DNA of 64,000 nucleotides from an uncultured Acidobacteriota bacterium (GTDB lineage: Bacteria > Acidobacteriota > Vicinamibacteria > Vicinamibacterales > JAKQTR01), in contig CAWJJY010000007.1 of NCBI GenBank assembly GCA_963843385.1, positions 363,651-427,650 on the forward strand, given 5' to 3'. Positions 1-9,195 of this stretch are shown in pieces (within the stretch, counting starts at the first letter, position 1; each line of letters opens with the position of its first letter). The position numbers were made by a program, and so were the translations under genes. The notes under the pieces are model-generated. The model did not search any database. It had not been told where the DNA came from and worked only from the letters and a program-made list of their open reading frames with translations.

Positions 1-218
1 GCGATATCGTCCGCGGGTTCGTGGCGCTGGCGAAGATGCAGGCAGGCAGCAAGCCCGAGGCGCAGGCGCTGTGGCCCACGATCGAGTTGGGCGGCAGCGG
101 CAACGAAGTCTCGGTGTCATTTGCCGTGTCGTCCGCGTTGCTCGACGCGATTGGCAGCGTGTCGAAGCAGGCCCCGAAGAAGATGCTCAGGACTCCGGGA
201 GCCGGCGAAGGCGAGTAG
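1..218 (+). CDS. 3' end of an unidentified CDS, truncated by the window start
   Basis: Open frame from position 3 to TAG at 216-218. GC-rich third codon positions are typical of the coding regions here. A perfect hairpin follows downstream. No family recognised. Confidence 0.45.
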   Translation, partial: DIVRGFVALAKMQAGSKPEAQALWPTIELGGSGNEVSVSFAVSSALLDAIGSVSKQAPKKMLRTPGAGEGE

Positions 219-265
219 GCGGGCGGTACGGCTCGCACGATTCGAACGTGACCCCATGACGCAGC

Positions 266-293
266 GGCCCGGGAATCGAAGGATTCCCGGGCC
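266..293 (+). terminator. Terminator-like hairpin: 12-bp perfect stem with GAAG loop
   Basis: ggcccgggaatc-gaag-gattcccgggcc lies 48 nt after the stop at 218. The trailing sequence is only weakly T-rich. Confidence 0.5.
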
Positions 294-723
294 GTTGCCG
301 TTTGCGGGGATGGCGCACCAGGCCGCTGAGTACGCGCCCGATTGTGGCCAGCGACCATCGCGTATCCAGCGCCTCGTTGAGCCGCGAAAGGCCAGCCTGG
401 CGGCCTTGACTAACATCCTCGAGTTCCCTACACTTCTGCGATACCGGTGTCATTCGTTCCTGCCCCTGCTGCATTCCTACTCATCGTGTGTTCGGAGCAG
501 CCACCCGCCGGGTGTATTGCTCAGTCGCCGCTGTCGGTCGTCGCGCGGGCAAGTGAAACGCATCGAGGGGGCCGGTCGTATCCTGCCTAAGTCCTTCGAT
601 TCACAAGTTCGGTGACGAACTTGTTCCCTCAGGGCTAAGTGCTGAGCGAGCGTTTTCACCGGTTGCCGAGCATGCATACGCAACCGTATTTGCGAGTCGA
701 AGCACTATGCGGGTGAATGCGCA

Positions 724-1125
724 ATGAGTGACAAGGTCTTCGTGTACGGGACCCTGATGGCGGGGTTCGACCGCCGCCGGCGCGCCGGTATCGACACCAA
801 GATGTCGTTTATCGGCCGCGGGTGGATCGAGGCAGCCCTCTTCGACCTCGGAATCTTCCCTGCCGCGGTGCCCGCTCCGGGCGGACGCGTCTGGGGTGAA
901 GTCTACGAGACCGACGAATCGGCGACCGTGCTCGCCATTCTCGATGACATCGAGGGCTACCGGCCCTCCGAGCCCGACACCAGCCTCTACACCCGGGTCG
1001 AAACCAGCGTGGTCTTCGAGGACGGACGGGTGGACACGGCCTGGGTGTACTTCTACAACGCGCCGCTTGGCCGCGCTGAGCAGATTTCCTCCGGGGACTA
1101 CCTCGAGCACCTGCGCGTCAAATAG
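724..1125 (+). CDS. Gamma-glutamylcyclotransferase (AIG2/GGCT-like) family protein
   Basis: N-terminal VFVYGTLM motif and later YETD...LDDIEGY layout are typical of the AIG2-like/GGCT fold. Size is 133 aa. Confidence 0.75.
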   Translation: MSDKVFVYGTLMAGFDRRRRAGIDTKMSFIGRGWIEAALFDLGIFPAAVPAPGGRVWGEVYETDESATVLAILDDIEGYRPSEPDTSLYTRVETSVVFEDGRVDTAWVYFYNAPLGRAEQISSGDYLEHLRVK

Positions 1126-1254
1126 CCCCGGGCTGAACCCCCCTTGCCCCGGGCCACGTCCTACCGGAGAGGACCTCAGACACCCTCCGCTGCCCCGAAG
1201 GCTTGTCTTCGCAGGCCAAATCGCTGACATTTCACGTGATACAGGCGGGTCGCC

Positions 1255-3303
1255 ATGTTCCGAACGACCTCGAGGGTGGCAGCCATCGTCCTGGCTGGCG
1301 GGGTTTGGCTGCAGGGTGAGGCTCAGCAGCCCGTGTTCAGGGCTCGAACCGATGTCGTCCCGGTCGACGTGATTGTCGTCGACGCGGACGGCCGGCCGAT
1401 CACCGACCTGAAGCTCGAGGAGTTTACGCTGACGGTCGATGGCAAGGTCAGGCCGCTCTCGTCGCTGGAGCTGGTGCGCTACAACGATCGCCGGGCGCCG
1501 GTGCCCGATCCGAGATCCCTTCCGACACTCCGCCCGGACCTGAAACCGGCCGCCTCGGCTGAGTTCACCTCGAACACCGCCGCGTCACCCGGCCGGATGT
1601 TCGTCCTGGTCGTCGACGAGGGCAACATCAGGCGTGGCGGCGGGCGCGCGGCCATGCAGGCCGCCAGCCAGTTCGTGGACAAGCTCGCTCCCAATGATCT
1701 GGTGGGGCTGGTGTCGCTGCCGGTCGGCGTCACGGTGGACTTCACGGCCGATCGATCGGTGATACGGACGGCGCTGCACAAGATCGTGGGCGGAGGCGCC
1801 AACAAGTATCAGTCGTTCATCAACACCAGCATGGCCGAGTCCTTCGCGCTCGTGACCGGCAACGAGAAACGGCTCTGGGACGAGGCGCTGCGGCAGGAAT
1901 GCGACTGGACGCGCAACGAGACCGAGTACCAGACCTGCAAGTCGCAGCTCGAAGCCGATGCCCGGTACAAGTTCGCGGCGGCTCGAACCTCGGCCGAGCA
2001 GAGCGAGGAGGCTCTGAAGATCCTGATCGGGCAGCTTGGTCGCGTCGAAGGCCAGAAACACGTGATCTTCATCAGCGAAGGCCTGGTGACCGGCAGCTCG
2101 TTCGGCTACATGGACGGATTCGGCGACCTGGCGTGGCTTGGATCGCTCGCGCAGGCCGCGCGCGTGAACCTCTACGTGCTCCATCTCGACCGCGCGTTCC
2201 TCGAGGCCTTCAACGTCACTGAACGCTTCCCGACCCGGACGCCGATCGAGGACGCGCACCTGGTCAGCGACGGCCTCGGCCAGCTGGCCGGCCTCTCCGG
2301 CGGGGCCTATTTCAAGCTCATCACCGCGATGGACCCGGCCTTCGATCGCATCGCGCGCGAGACCTCGGTGGCGTACGTGGTCAGCTTCGACACCCAGGAC
2401 AGCGACCGCGACGGGAAGCGCCACTCGATCGGCGTGAAGGTGGCCCGCCCCCGCGTCGCGGTGCGTGCGCGCACGCAGTTCGTCGCAGACCCGTCCGCCG
2501 CCGGCGCCAGCGCTGCCGAGCGCATCACGAAGGCCCTGAACTCGCCATTCCTGCCGCCCACCCTGCGTGTCGGGGTGGCCACCTACGTGGTCGGCGACTC
2601 GCAGGACGCGGGGCTGCACGTGCTGCTCGCCGCGGAGATCGGCTGCGCCGCAACCGATCCGGGCGGATTCGACGTCGGCTACACGGTCACCGACGCCGCC
2701 GGGCGCGGCACGGGCTCGGCGGTCGATCGCGCCGCCTCGACGGTTCCCGCCGCGAACGGCGAGCGATGCGCCTACTACACGTCGAGCTTCACGACGAAGC
2801 CGGGGGACTACACCGTGAAGCTTGCCGGCCTGGACTCCGGGTTCCGGCTTGGCGGCGTCGAACATCACGTGAGCGCCAGGCTCGTGCCCGCCGGTCCGTT
2901 CGGGCTGAGCAGCCTCGTGTTGACCGATCCGGCCACGAGAGTCGACGGGAAGATGAAGCTGCTCATCGACGGATACCTGACAGGCCGCACCGTGGCCGCC
3001 TACCTCGCCATGCAGCGCATGCAGCCCGATCCGGGCGGCGGGACCGGCGAGATGCCATCGGTGAGATTCGAGGTCGTGTCGACATCCGGCGATGGCGTGC
3101 TCACCGGCTCGAAGATCACCGTCAAGGACGATTCCGCTCCGGGGCGGTGGTACGCCGAAGGGGAGATCGACCTGGCGGCCCTGCCCCCAGGCGTTTACGA
3201 GATTCGAGCCGTGGTTTCGATTGACGGAAGGGACGCGGGCCGGGTCAGCCGGCAGATCACAACCAACCCGAAGCCGCAGACCGGGATCCCCGAGGTCAGG
3301 TAG
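1255..3303 (+). CDS. Secreted VWA domain-containing protein (acidobacterial VWFA-related type)
   Basis: Signal-like N-terminus, then FRARTDVVPVDVIVVD...G.PI.DL..E.F.L..DG, which I recall as the VWFA-related acidobacterial domain. A VWA-like core follows (MFVLVVDEGN..., LVSLP). Length 682 aa. Confidence 0.7.
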   Translation: MFRTTSRVAAIVLAGGVWLQGEAQQPVFRARTDVVPVDVIVVDADGRPITDLKLEEFTLTVDGKVRPLSSLELVRYNDRRAPVPDPRSLPTLRPDLKPAASAEFTSNTAASPGRMFVLVVDEGNIRRGGGRAAMQAASQFVDKLAPNDLVGLVSLPVGVTVDFTADRSVIRTALHKIVGGGANKYQSFINTSMAESFALVTGNEKRLWDEALRQECDWTRNETEYQTCKSQLEADARYKFAAARTSAEQSEEALKILIGQLGRVEGQKHVIFISEGLVTGSSFGYMDGFGDLAWLGSLAQAARVNLYVLHLDRAFLEAFNVTERFPTRTPIEDAHLVSDGLGQLAGLSGGAYFKLITAMDPAFDRIARETSVAYVVSFDTQDSDRDGKRHSIGVKVARPRVAVRARTQFVADPSAAGASAAERITKALNSPFLPPTLRVGVATYVVGDSQDAGLHVLLAAEIGCAATDPGGFDVGYTVTDAAGRGTGSAVDRAASTVPAANGERCAYYTSSFTTKPGDYTVKLAGLDSGFRLGGVEHHVSARLVPAGPFGLSSLVLTDPATRVDGKMKLLIDGYLTGRTVAAYLAMQRMQPDPGGGTGEMPSVRFEVVSTSGDGVLTGSKITVKDDSAPGRWYAEGEIDLAALPPGVYEIRAVVSIDGRDAGRVSRQITTNPKPQTGIPEVR

Positions 3304-3652
3304 CCGGCGTCGTCAGGCCGCGCTCGCGGCGGACCATCTCGATATAGCCCTCGACGGCTGCGACGACGTGGTCGGACGGCTCGATGAATTCCAGGCCGGC
3401 CCGGTACACGACGACATCCTGATCGACGTCGACGATCCGGCAGTGGGCGATGCGCCCGCGGAGCACGACCGGGCGCCCGCCGAGCTCGAGCCGGAACTCG
3501 TGGAGGGAATTCAGCTGCAGCGGAAAGGACGTCTCGACCAGCGCCCCTCCGCGGCTGATTTCCTTGATGGTGAGCGGCGCGAGAATCGCGACCTCGCCCT
3601 GCAACTCACCGAGAATGTCGAGCCGCGCAGCATCGCGCGTGTCAGCCGGCAT
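3296..3652 (-). CDS. PilZ domain protein (putative c-di-GMP receptor)
   Basis: RDAAR (RxxxR) lies near the N-terminus, followed by EISRGG (D/N-x-S-x-x-G-like, with E in the first position). The 118 aa size is typical of single-domain PilZ. Confidence 0.6.
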   Translation of the reverse strand: MPADTRDAARLDILGELQGEVAILAPLTIKEISRGGALVETSFPLQLNSLHEFRLELGGRPVVLRGRIAHCRIVDVDQDVVVYRAGLEFIEPSDHVVAAVEGYIEMVRRERGLTTPAT

Positions 3653-3710
3653 ACCGCGGAACTATACCACGAGCGTTGTCATTCTCCAGGCGGGCCGCCT
3701 CTCGCGCCGT

Positions 3711-4100
3711 TCAGTTCATCTGCGCGCCGAGTTCCGCCGACTGCCGCCAGAATTCGCTGTCGGGAACATCGACCAGCTCGTCGATTCGCTTGGGATACTC
3801 ACCCTCGATGGTATACGTGACGACCGGCAGGCGATTGGTGTCCGGGTCGAGGCGGAGCATCGAGAGCACCTGGAGCGAGGCCGGGTCGTCCATTCTCACG
3901 CAGAGAATGACCAGATCCGGCTGGACCGCCTTGATCTGGGAGTACGCCCGATCAGCGGATTCCACCACGACGACATCGTAGTGGCCCGGCTCGAGGATCG
4001 ACTCGAAGAGCTCAAGGACGGCGCCAGGGCCGTTGACGACCATCACGCTCCGGCTTGGAATAGCTCTCAAATCCATCTCGCTGCAGGTGGTGAGGTTCAT
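3711..4100 (-). CDS. Receiver-like (pseudo-receiver) domain protein
   Basis: Start re-set to the internal ATG at 4100, preceded by GGGAGGGA. CheY-like layout (VMVVNG...PDLVILCVRMDD...PVV), but the acidic pocket reads NG and the phospho-acceptor position reads C. Confidence 0.55.
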   Translation of the reverse strand: MNLTTCSEMDLRAIPSRSVMVVNGPGAVLELFESILEPGHYDVVVVESADRAYSQIKAVQPDLVILCVRMDDPASLQVLSMLRLDPDTNRLPVVTYTIEGEYPKRIDELVDVPDSEFWRQSAELGAQMN

Positions 4101-4363
4101 TGGGATTCCCTCCCTGCCCACCACAGTCTTCAAGAATCGGGCCACACGCCCTTTGAGAAATTCCTCAGAAAAAGCCCTGCCCGCCAGAACCTTCACGTGT
4201 GCGCTTACGCCCCGCGTGGGACGTACTTGACCAGAGAGGTGGGCAATTTCCGCGTGGGGCCCGCACGCCCCGAGGAAGTCGAGTGCGACAGTCCTGCGGT
4301 GCGGCCTGGCCGATTGCGATCTCAAACCAGTTTCAGTCCTGGGTGGCGAGGCCGGCTCAGGGC

Positions 4364-4402
4364 AAAAAAAAGGCCCGGCACACCAGATAGAAGTGCCGGG
4401 CC
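4364..4402 (-). terminator. Rho-independent terminator of the TonB-receptor gene
   Basis: Minus strand reads GGCCCGGCAC-11 nt loop-GTGCCGGGCC followed by T8. It lies 66 nt after the stop at 4468. Confidence 0.85.
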
Positions 4403-4467
4403 AGAACGCAACACGAGAGCGTCGGGAAACCGGATGGCTTCCCGACGTCCTCGTCTGACCGAGGAAA

Positions 4468-7467
4468 CTAGAAGATGAACTTCACGCCGACGCGAGCGTT
4501 GATGGCGCCCTGGTAACCGTTGGCCATCATGTAGCGGGGGTCCTTCGAGGTCCCGGCCGCCAGCGTATCGAACGGCTGCAGGCCGTGCTGGTAGAAGACC
4601 GCCTCGTCGATGCTCAGCGTCTTGCCGGAGGCCAGCACGGTCGGCGAGAAGTTGGTCGCCGTCTTCTGGTTGAGCAGGTTCAGCACGTTGACGATGAGCT
4701 GAACTCGCTTGGCGCCGCCCAGCTTGAACTCCTGCATGAGCTGGAGGTCGGTCTGGGAGTACATCGGCAGCCGGCCCTGATCGCCACGGCCCTTGTAGAA
4801 CAGCGGATAGCCGCTCGACTGCGGTCCGACGGCCATCTCGGACGTCTTGGGGATGCCGCTCGCGACGAACTGGTTGAGGCCGATGCTCGTGCCCTCCGCC
4901 AGCTGGTAGATGAACTGCGCCTTCACCTGGTGCGTGCGGTCGGTGGCCAGCAAACCGTTCACGGGGTTGCCGGTCTGGTCGAACGACATGAGCGGGTAGT
5001 CGTACAGACGGCCGACGTTGGGGCTCGTGCGGCCGTTCTCGTCGGACTGCGACAGGCCCGAGTAGTTCCCGTAGAGGCGGCTCCACAGGTAGCTGGTGCG
5101 GAGATACCAGCTGTGCGAGAAGTTCTTCGTAAAGGTCAGCTCGACGCCGTTGTAGGTCCGTGAGGGCTTGGGCAGCGGCACGCCCGGGTACGCGCTTGCG
5201 GTCAGCCCCTCGCCGGGGTTGGCGATGATGTAGATCTCGTTGTTGTCCGCGTCGAGCGACCCGGTGTCGTCAATCGCGCGGACGAGCCACTTGCGGACGT
5301 ACCGCACGCTCAACGCCATGGTCGAGGAGAGCTGGTGCTCGAGGCCGACCGACGCCTCCTGCGACTGCATGGGCTTGATGCCCGGCTGGATCGTGTCCGC
5401 GCCGAGCGACACGTGCCGCATGTCGATCCCGTTGGGTGAGCTCAGCAGCGTGCCCTTGCAGGTCGGGGGGCACCCGGAGTAACCCACGAGGCTCGACCAG
5501 TTGGTCGTGTCGAGCGTGTAGTAGTAATACAGCCACTTGTCGCCGCCGAACGAACCGCGCGGCAACTCGAGCTTGAAGATGTCGTAGAAGACACCCCAGG
5601 AGCCGTACGCCTTCCACTTGCCGTCGCCGCGGAGGTCATACGCGAATCCCGCGCGGGGCGCCAGCTTGTCGCCGAACTTGAACGTGATCCCGTCCTTGGG
5701 AACGCCCACGGCGGTGGAATAGGTCGGGACGTGCTCGTTCTCGGTGCGGATGCCCAGGTTGATGGTCAGCTTGTTGCTGATCGTCCAGGCGTCCTGCAGG
5801 AACAGCCCCAGGTTGTTCGTGGAGACATTGCCCTCGGTGACGAACCCGAGCTGGGGATACGGGCCGTTGCTGCGGACCCGGTAGTACCCGTATGTGCCGG
5901 CCTGCCCGTTGTAGGTCTGTGGGTTGGTCGGGGACGTCCAGTACAGGGTCACGAGGTTCCCCTGCTCACCCGACAGAACGTCGTTGCCGATCTTGTCGAG
6001 CTGCGCGCCGCCCTTCAGGGTGTGCTGGCCGCCGAGATTTCCGTACCAGGTCGCATCCACCTGGAACGCGGTGCGCTTCTGCTGGTCGCGCGCGGTCGAG
6101 GAGTTCGACGGGACGCTCGCGAAGCCGCTCGCGCAGTAGTTCGGATCCGTCGCCGGGAGGATCGCCGAATTGCTGGTGCTGCAGGTGTACCTGGGCACCG
6201 ACGGGATCCCGAAGCTGTGCACATTGGACGTGTAGTACGCGGCGCGGGCGCCGATGTACAGTGTCGGCGTGGCAACCCAGTCGAGCTGTCCGGCGAGGCT
6301 CCAGTTCGGATACGTCGCGCCGGTGGCGTAGTTGGTCGTGAGCGGGTCGGTGCCGGTGAGCGCCGGCAGGTTCCCGTCCGTCTTGCTCCAGCTGTTGTTG
6401 AACGCAATGCGCGTGCGCAGGCTCGAGCCGAGCTGCGCCGTGTTGTTGGCCGAGAGGTACTGAACCGGCTCGTTCCGGGTCGCCGTCTTGGCATTGGCGT
6501 TCGGGTTGCCGGTCGTCGAGGGGCTCACAGACCGCTCGGTCTTGTTGAACGTGGGCTGGTAGGCGATGTAGAACCAGGTCTTGTCCTTCAGGATCGGACC
6601 GCCGAAGGAGGCGCCCGGCTCCAGGCGTGTGTTGGTGTCCTTCGGGTAGGTGATGTACTCGGACTTGGTCGCGTCGGCCAGTTGCAGCCGCAGCGACGGA
6701 CGCGACGCACCCGACAGGGCGCTGCCCTGGAAGTTGAACAGCACGTTGCCGCGCCACGTGTTCGTTCCGCTCCTCGTGATGACGCTGATGACGCCGCCGG
6801 TCGCGCCGCCGTATTCAGCGGTGTACCCCGACGACTTGACCTGGACCTCTTCGACGAAGTCGGCGATGACATTCTTGCCCGACGTGCCGTTCTGGAGGTT
6901 GGTCGTCTCGGCGCCGTCGACGATGTAGCGGTTCTCGGCCGCGCTCGCGCCGTCGATCATGACGCCGCCCGACTTGGCCTCGTTGTTCGCGCCGGCCGCC
7001 TGCGTGACGATCGTCGTGAAGTCGCGGCCCTTGGGCAGCAGGTCGATCTGCTCGTTGCGGATGCTGGTCGCGCGTGCGCTCTGCTTGACGTCCACCAGCG
7101 GCGTGTCGGCCGTCACCACGACGTTCTCGGTGACGCCGCCGACCGTCAGGGACATGTCGATGCTCTTCAACTGTCCAAGAGCCAGCCGCACCGGCTGTGA
7201 CTTGGCGGTATTGAATCCCTGCAGCGCCGCCGTGAGCTCATAGTTGCCTGGCGCGAGTGCGGGGAATCGATAGACGCCGTTTGCGTCGGTCGTCGTGCTG
7301 ACAACCGCTCCGACTGACAGGTTCTTGGCTTCGACGGTGACGCCGGGAAGCACAGCCCCCGACGCGTCCTTGACGATGCCCTCAATCGACGCCCGCTGTT
7401 CCTGAGCGGCCACCGGTAGGGCTACCAGTGCCACCAGACACAGCAAAGCGAGAGTCCGAAATCGCAT
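4468..7467 (-). CDS. TonB-dependent receptor with N-terminal carboxypeptidase-regulatory-like domain
   Basis: Signal peptide MRFRTLALLCLVALVALPVAAQ. Then IEGIVKDASGAVLPGVTVEA...GVYRF..L.PG.Y (CarboxypepD_reg), a plug-like region and a long barrel ending ...VGVKFIF. Start chosen at the ATG 6 nt after GAGGAGG; ATG 7473 is an alternative. Confidence 0.85.
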   Translation of the reverse strand: MRFRTLALLCLVALVALPVAAQEQRASIEGIVKDASGAVLPGVTVEAKNLSVGAVVSTTTDANGVYRFPALAPGNYELTAALQGFNTAKSQPVRLALGQLKSIDMSLTVGGVTENVVVTADTPLVDVKQSARATSIRNEQIDLLPKGRDFTTIVTQAAGANNEAKSGGVMIDGASAAENRYIVDGAETTNLQNGTSGKNVIADFVEEVQVKSSGYTAEYGGATGGVISVITRSGTNTWRGNVLFNFQGSALSGASRPSLRLQLADATKSEYITYPKDTNTRLEPGASFGGPILKDKTWFYIAYQPTFNKTERSVSPSTTGNPNANAKTATRNEPVQYLSANNTAQLGSSLRTRIAFNNSWSKTDGNLPALTGTDPLTTNYATGATYPNWSLAGQLDWVATPTLYIGARAAYYTSNVHSFGIPSVPRYTCSTSNSAILPATDPNYCASGFASVPSNSSTARDQQKRTAFQVDATWYGNLGGQHTLKGGAQLDKIGNDVLSGEQGNLVTLYWTSPTNPQTYNGQAGTYGYYRVRSNGPYPQLGFVTEGNVSTNNLGLFLQDAWTISNKLTINLGIRTENEHVPTYSTAVGVPKDGITFKFGDKLAPRAGFAYDLRGDGKWKAYGSWGVFYDIFKLELPRGSFGGDKWLYYYYTLDTTNWSSLVGYSGCPPTCKGTLLSSPNGIDMRHVSLGADTIQPGIKPMQSQEASVGLEHQLSSTMALSVRYVRKWLVRAIDDTGSLDADNNEIYIIANPGEGLTASAYPGVPLPKPSRTYNGVELTFTKNFSHSWYLRTSYLWSRLYGNYSGLSQSDENGRTSPNVGRLYDYPLMSFDQTGNPVNGLLATDRTHQVKAQFIYQLAEGTSIGLNQFVASGIPKTSEMAVGPQSSGYPLFYKGRGDQGRLPMYSQTDLQLMQEFKLGGAKRVQLIVNVLNLLNQKTATNFSPTVLASGKTLSIDEAVFYQHGLQPFDTLAAGTSKDPRYMMANGYQGAINARVGVKFIF

Positions 7468-7565
7468 AGCCATCCTCCTCAGTGATACCTTTGGCGAGTA
7501 AGCCAGACCAAACAACCCCGGGTTGCCGCCATCATCTACAGGGGTACCCCGAGGTCCCACTCCTC

Positions 7566-7584
7566 ATAGCATCCCGGATGCCAA
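7566..7584 (-). promoter_or_regulatory. Sigma-54-type -24/-12 promoter candidate upstream of the TonB-dependent receptor
   Basis: Minus strand reads TTGGCATCCGGGATGCTAT. GG and GC are separated by exactly 10 nt, matching the TGGCAC-N5-TTGC architecture (TGGCAT / aTGCT). It lies about 100 nt upstream of ATG 7467. Confidence 0.45.
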
Positions 7585-7691
7585 CTGCATGAACGGTGCA
7601 AACCACGTAAATTCTGGTAGTTACTGGTGATTGGAGACTACGTTGCGGTGGATTATCCAAATCGATGGTGGTATTCGATCCGGACCCATGG

Positions 7692-7707
7692 ATCCAATGC
7701 ATTGGAT
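7692..7707. promoter_or_regulatory. 16-bp perfect palindrome, candidate operator or enhancer (UAS)
   Basis: ATCCAATGCATTGGAT sits in the AT-richer divergent region, about 125 nt upstream of the sigma-54-like element at 7566-7584. Confidence 0.4.
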
Positions 7708-7747
7708 GGCTTTGCCACCCTCTCTCAGTCCCTCCGAACAGCGCCTT

Positions 7748-7756
7748 TGGTATCAT
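7748..7756 (+). promoter_or_regulatory. Extended -10 promoter candidate (TGgTATCAT) for the leuB-like gene
   Basis: TGnTATCAT lies 30 nt upstream of ATG 7786, with GGAG between. The same motif recurs upstream of two other genes in the window. Confidence 0.4.
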
Positions 7757-7785
7757 GAGCAACCGGCCAAAACGCGGAGTTGCCC

Positions 7786-8841
7786 ATGAGAATAGCGGTC
7801 ATCCCGGGTGACGGAATCGGCAAGGACGTGACCACCGAAGCCGTCAAGGTGCTGCGCGCGGTCAGCGAGGTCTACGGGCGCCGGCTCGACCTCGAGTTGC
7901 TGCCCTACGGCGCCGATCACTACCTCGAGACCGGCGTCAGCCTGCCTCCTGGCCTGTACTCCACGTTCCGATCGGACTTTCAGGCGATCTACATCGGGGC
8001 GCTCGGAGATCCGCGCGTCCCCGACATGCGCCACGCGCGCGACATCCTGCTGGGGATTCGCTTCGAGCTGGATCTCTACGTCAACCATCGGCCCGTGCGC
8101 CTGCTCGACGCGCGGCTCTGTCCTCTCAAGGACCGCGGCCCCGCGGATGTGAATTTCGTCGTGTTCCGGGAAAATACCGAGGGCCTCTACGTCGGCGTCG
8201 GCGGCCGGTTCAAGCCAGGGACCGACGATGAGATCGCGGTTCAGGAGGAGATCAACACCTACAAGGGCGTGCGCCGCATCGTGCTGCACGCCTTCGAGTA
8301 CGCGGCCGCCCATGGCCTGACGCGCGTCTGCATGGCCGACAAGAGCAACGCCATGACCCATGGACATGCCCTCTGGCAACGCGTGTTCCACGAGCTCGCG
8401 CCGCGCTACCCGGGCATCGAATCCTCGCACCTGTTCATCGATGCGCTCGCGATGCAGATGATCAAGAATCCCGGGCAGTTCCAGGTGATCGTCACCAACA
8501 ATCTGTTCGGCGACATCGTCACCGACCTCGGCGCACAGCTCCAGGGCGGGCTCGGCATGGCCGCGTCGGGCAACCTGCATCCGGGCCGCACCTCGATGTT
8601 CGAGCCCGTGCACGGCTCGGCGCCGAAGTACGCCGGGAAGAACGTGGCGAACCCGATGGGGGCCATCCTCTCGGCCGCGCTGATGCTCGAGAACCTGGGA
8701 CTGACCACCGAGTCGGCCGATGTGGAGTCGGCGGTCGAGTGGGCCGTACGCAGCGGGAACGGCACGGCCGAGATCGGCGGCTCGCTCGGCACGAAGGAAA
8801 CCGGGGACCTCATCGTCGAGCGCATTCGCCATCGAGTCTGA
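7786..8841 (+). CDS. leuB: 3-isopropylmalate dehydrogenase (isocitrate/isopropylmalate dehydrogenase family)
   Basis: MRIAVIPGDGIGKDV start, RENTEGLY, NLFGDIVTDL and EPVHGSAPK motifs. Overall resemblance to short actinobacterial-type LeuB. Tartrate dehydrogenase cannot be excluded without a search. Start set at the ATG after GGAG rather than the TTG of the ORF track. Confidence 0.7.
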   Translation: MRIAVIPGDGIGKDVTTEAVKVLRAVSEVYGRRLDLELLPYGADHYLETGVSLPPGLYSTFRSDFQAIYIGALGDPRVPDMRHARDILLGIRFELDLYVNHRPVRLLDARLCPLKDRGPADVNFVVFRENTEGLYVGVGGRFKPGTDDEIAVQEEINTYKGVRRIVLHAFEYAAAHGLTRVCMADKSNAMTHGHALWQRVFHELAPRYPGIESSHLFIDALAMQMIKNPGQFQVIVTNNLFGDIVTDLGAQLQGGLGMAASGNLHPGRTSMFEPVHGSAPKYAGKNVANPMGAILSAALMLENLGLTTESADVESAVEWAVRSGNGTAEIGGSLGTKETGDLIVERIRHRV

Positions 8842-8867
8842 GCGACGGCCGTACGGCGAATCCAAGG

Positions 8868-9044
8868 CCCGCGGCTGGGGGCTGGAGGCTGGCGGCGGGC
8901 GGCTGGCGGCTTGGGGCTTGAGGCTCGAGGCTCGCGGCTGGAGGCTGGCGGCCCACGACTGGCGGCTCGCGGCTGGTGGCTGGCGGCTGGTGGCTCGCGG
9001 CTGGCGGATGGTGGCCGGAGGCCACATGCTGGCGGCTCGCGGCC
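8868..9044 (+). repeat. Heptanucleotide tandem array A (about 25 units, consensus NGNGGCT / GGCTNGN)
   Basis: Reads cgcggct ggaggct ggcggct cgaggct ... in strict 7-nt phase, directly after the leuB-like stop. G-rich strand is the plus strand. Confidence 0.9.
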
Positions 9045-9195
9045 GTGCGCCTGTGGAATTCGGCCAGCGACCAGGGACCGGTCGGTTCAGGATGACGCAC
9101 CCTTGAAGCCGCCCAACGCCCAGCCCCTCAGCGAGTCCGTCATCCAGTCCCATGAGCAACCTCCTCAGCGCCCCGCAGGTCTAACCACTGAAGTC

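Noticed and set aside
7468-7560. Upstream GTG-initiated extension of the TonB-receptor ORF (31 extra residues)
   Set aside because: The signal peptide begins at the downstream Met, which is preceded by GAGGAGG. The extension lacks signal-peptide character and would overlap the predicted promoter and TSS region.
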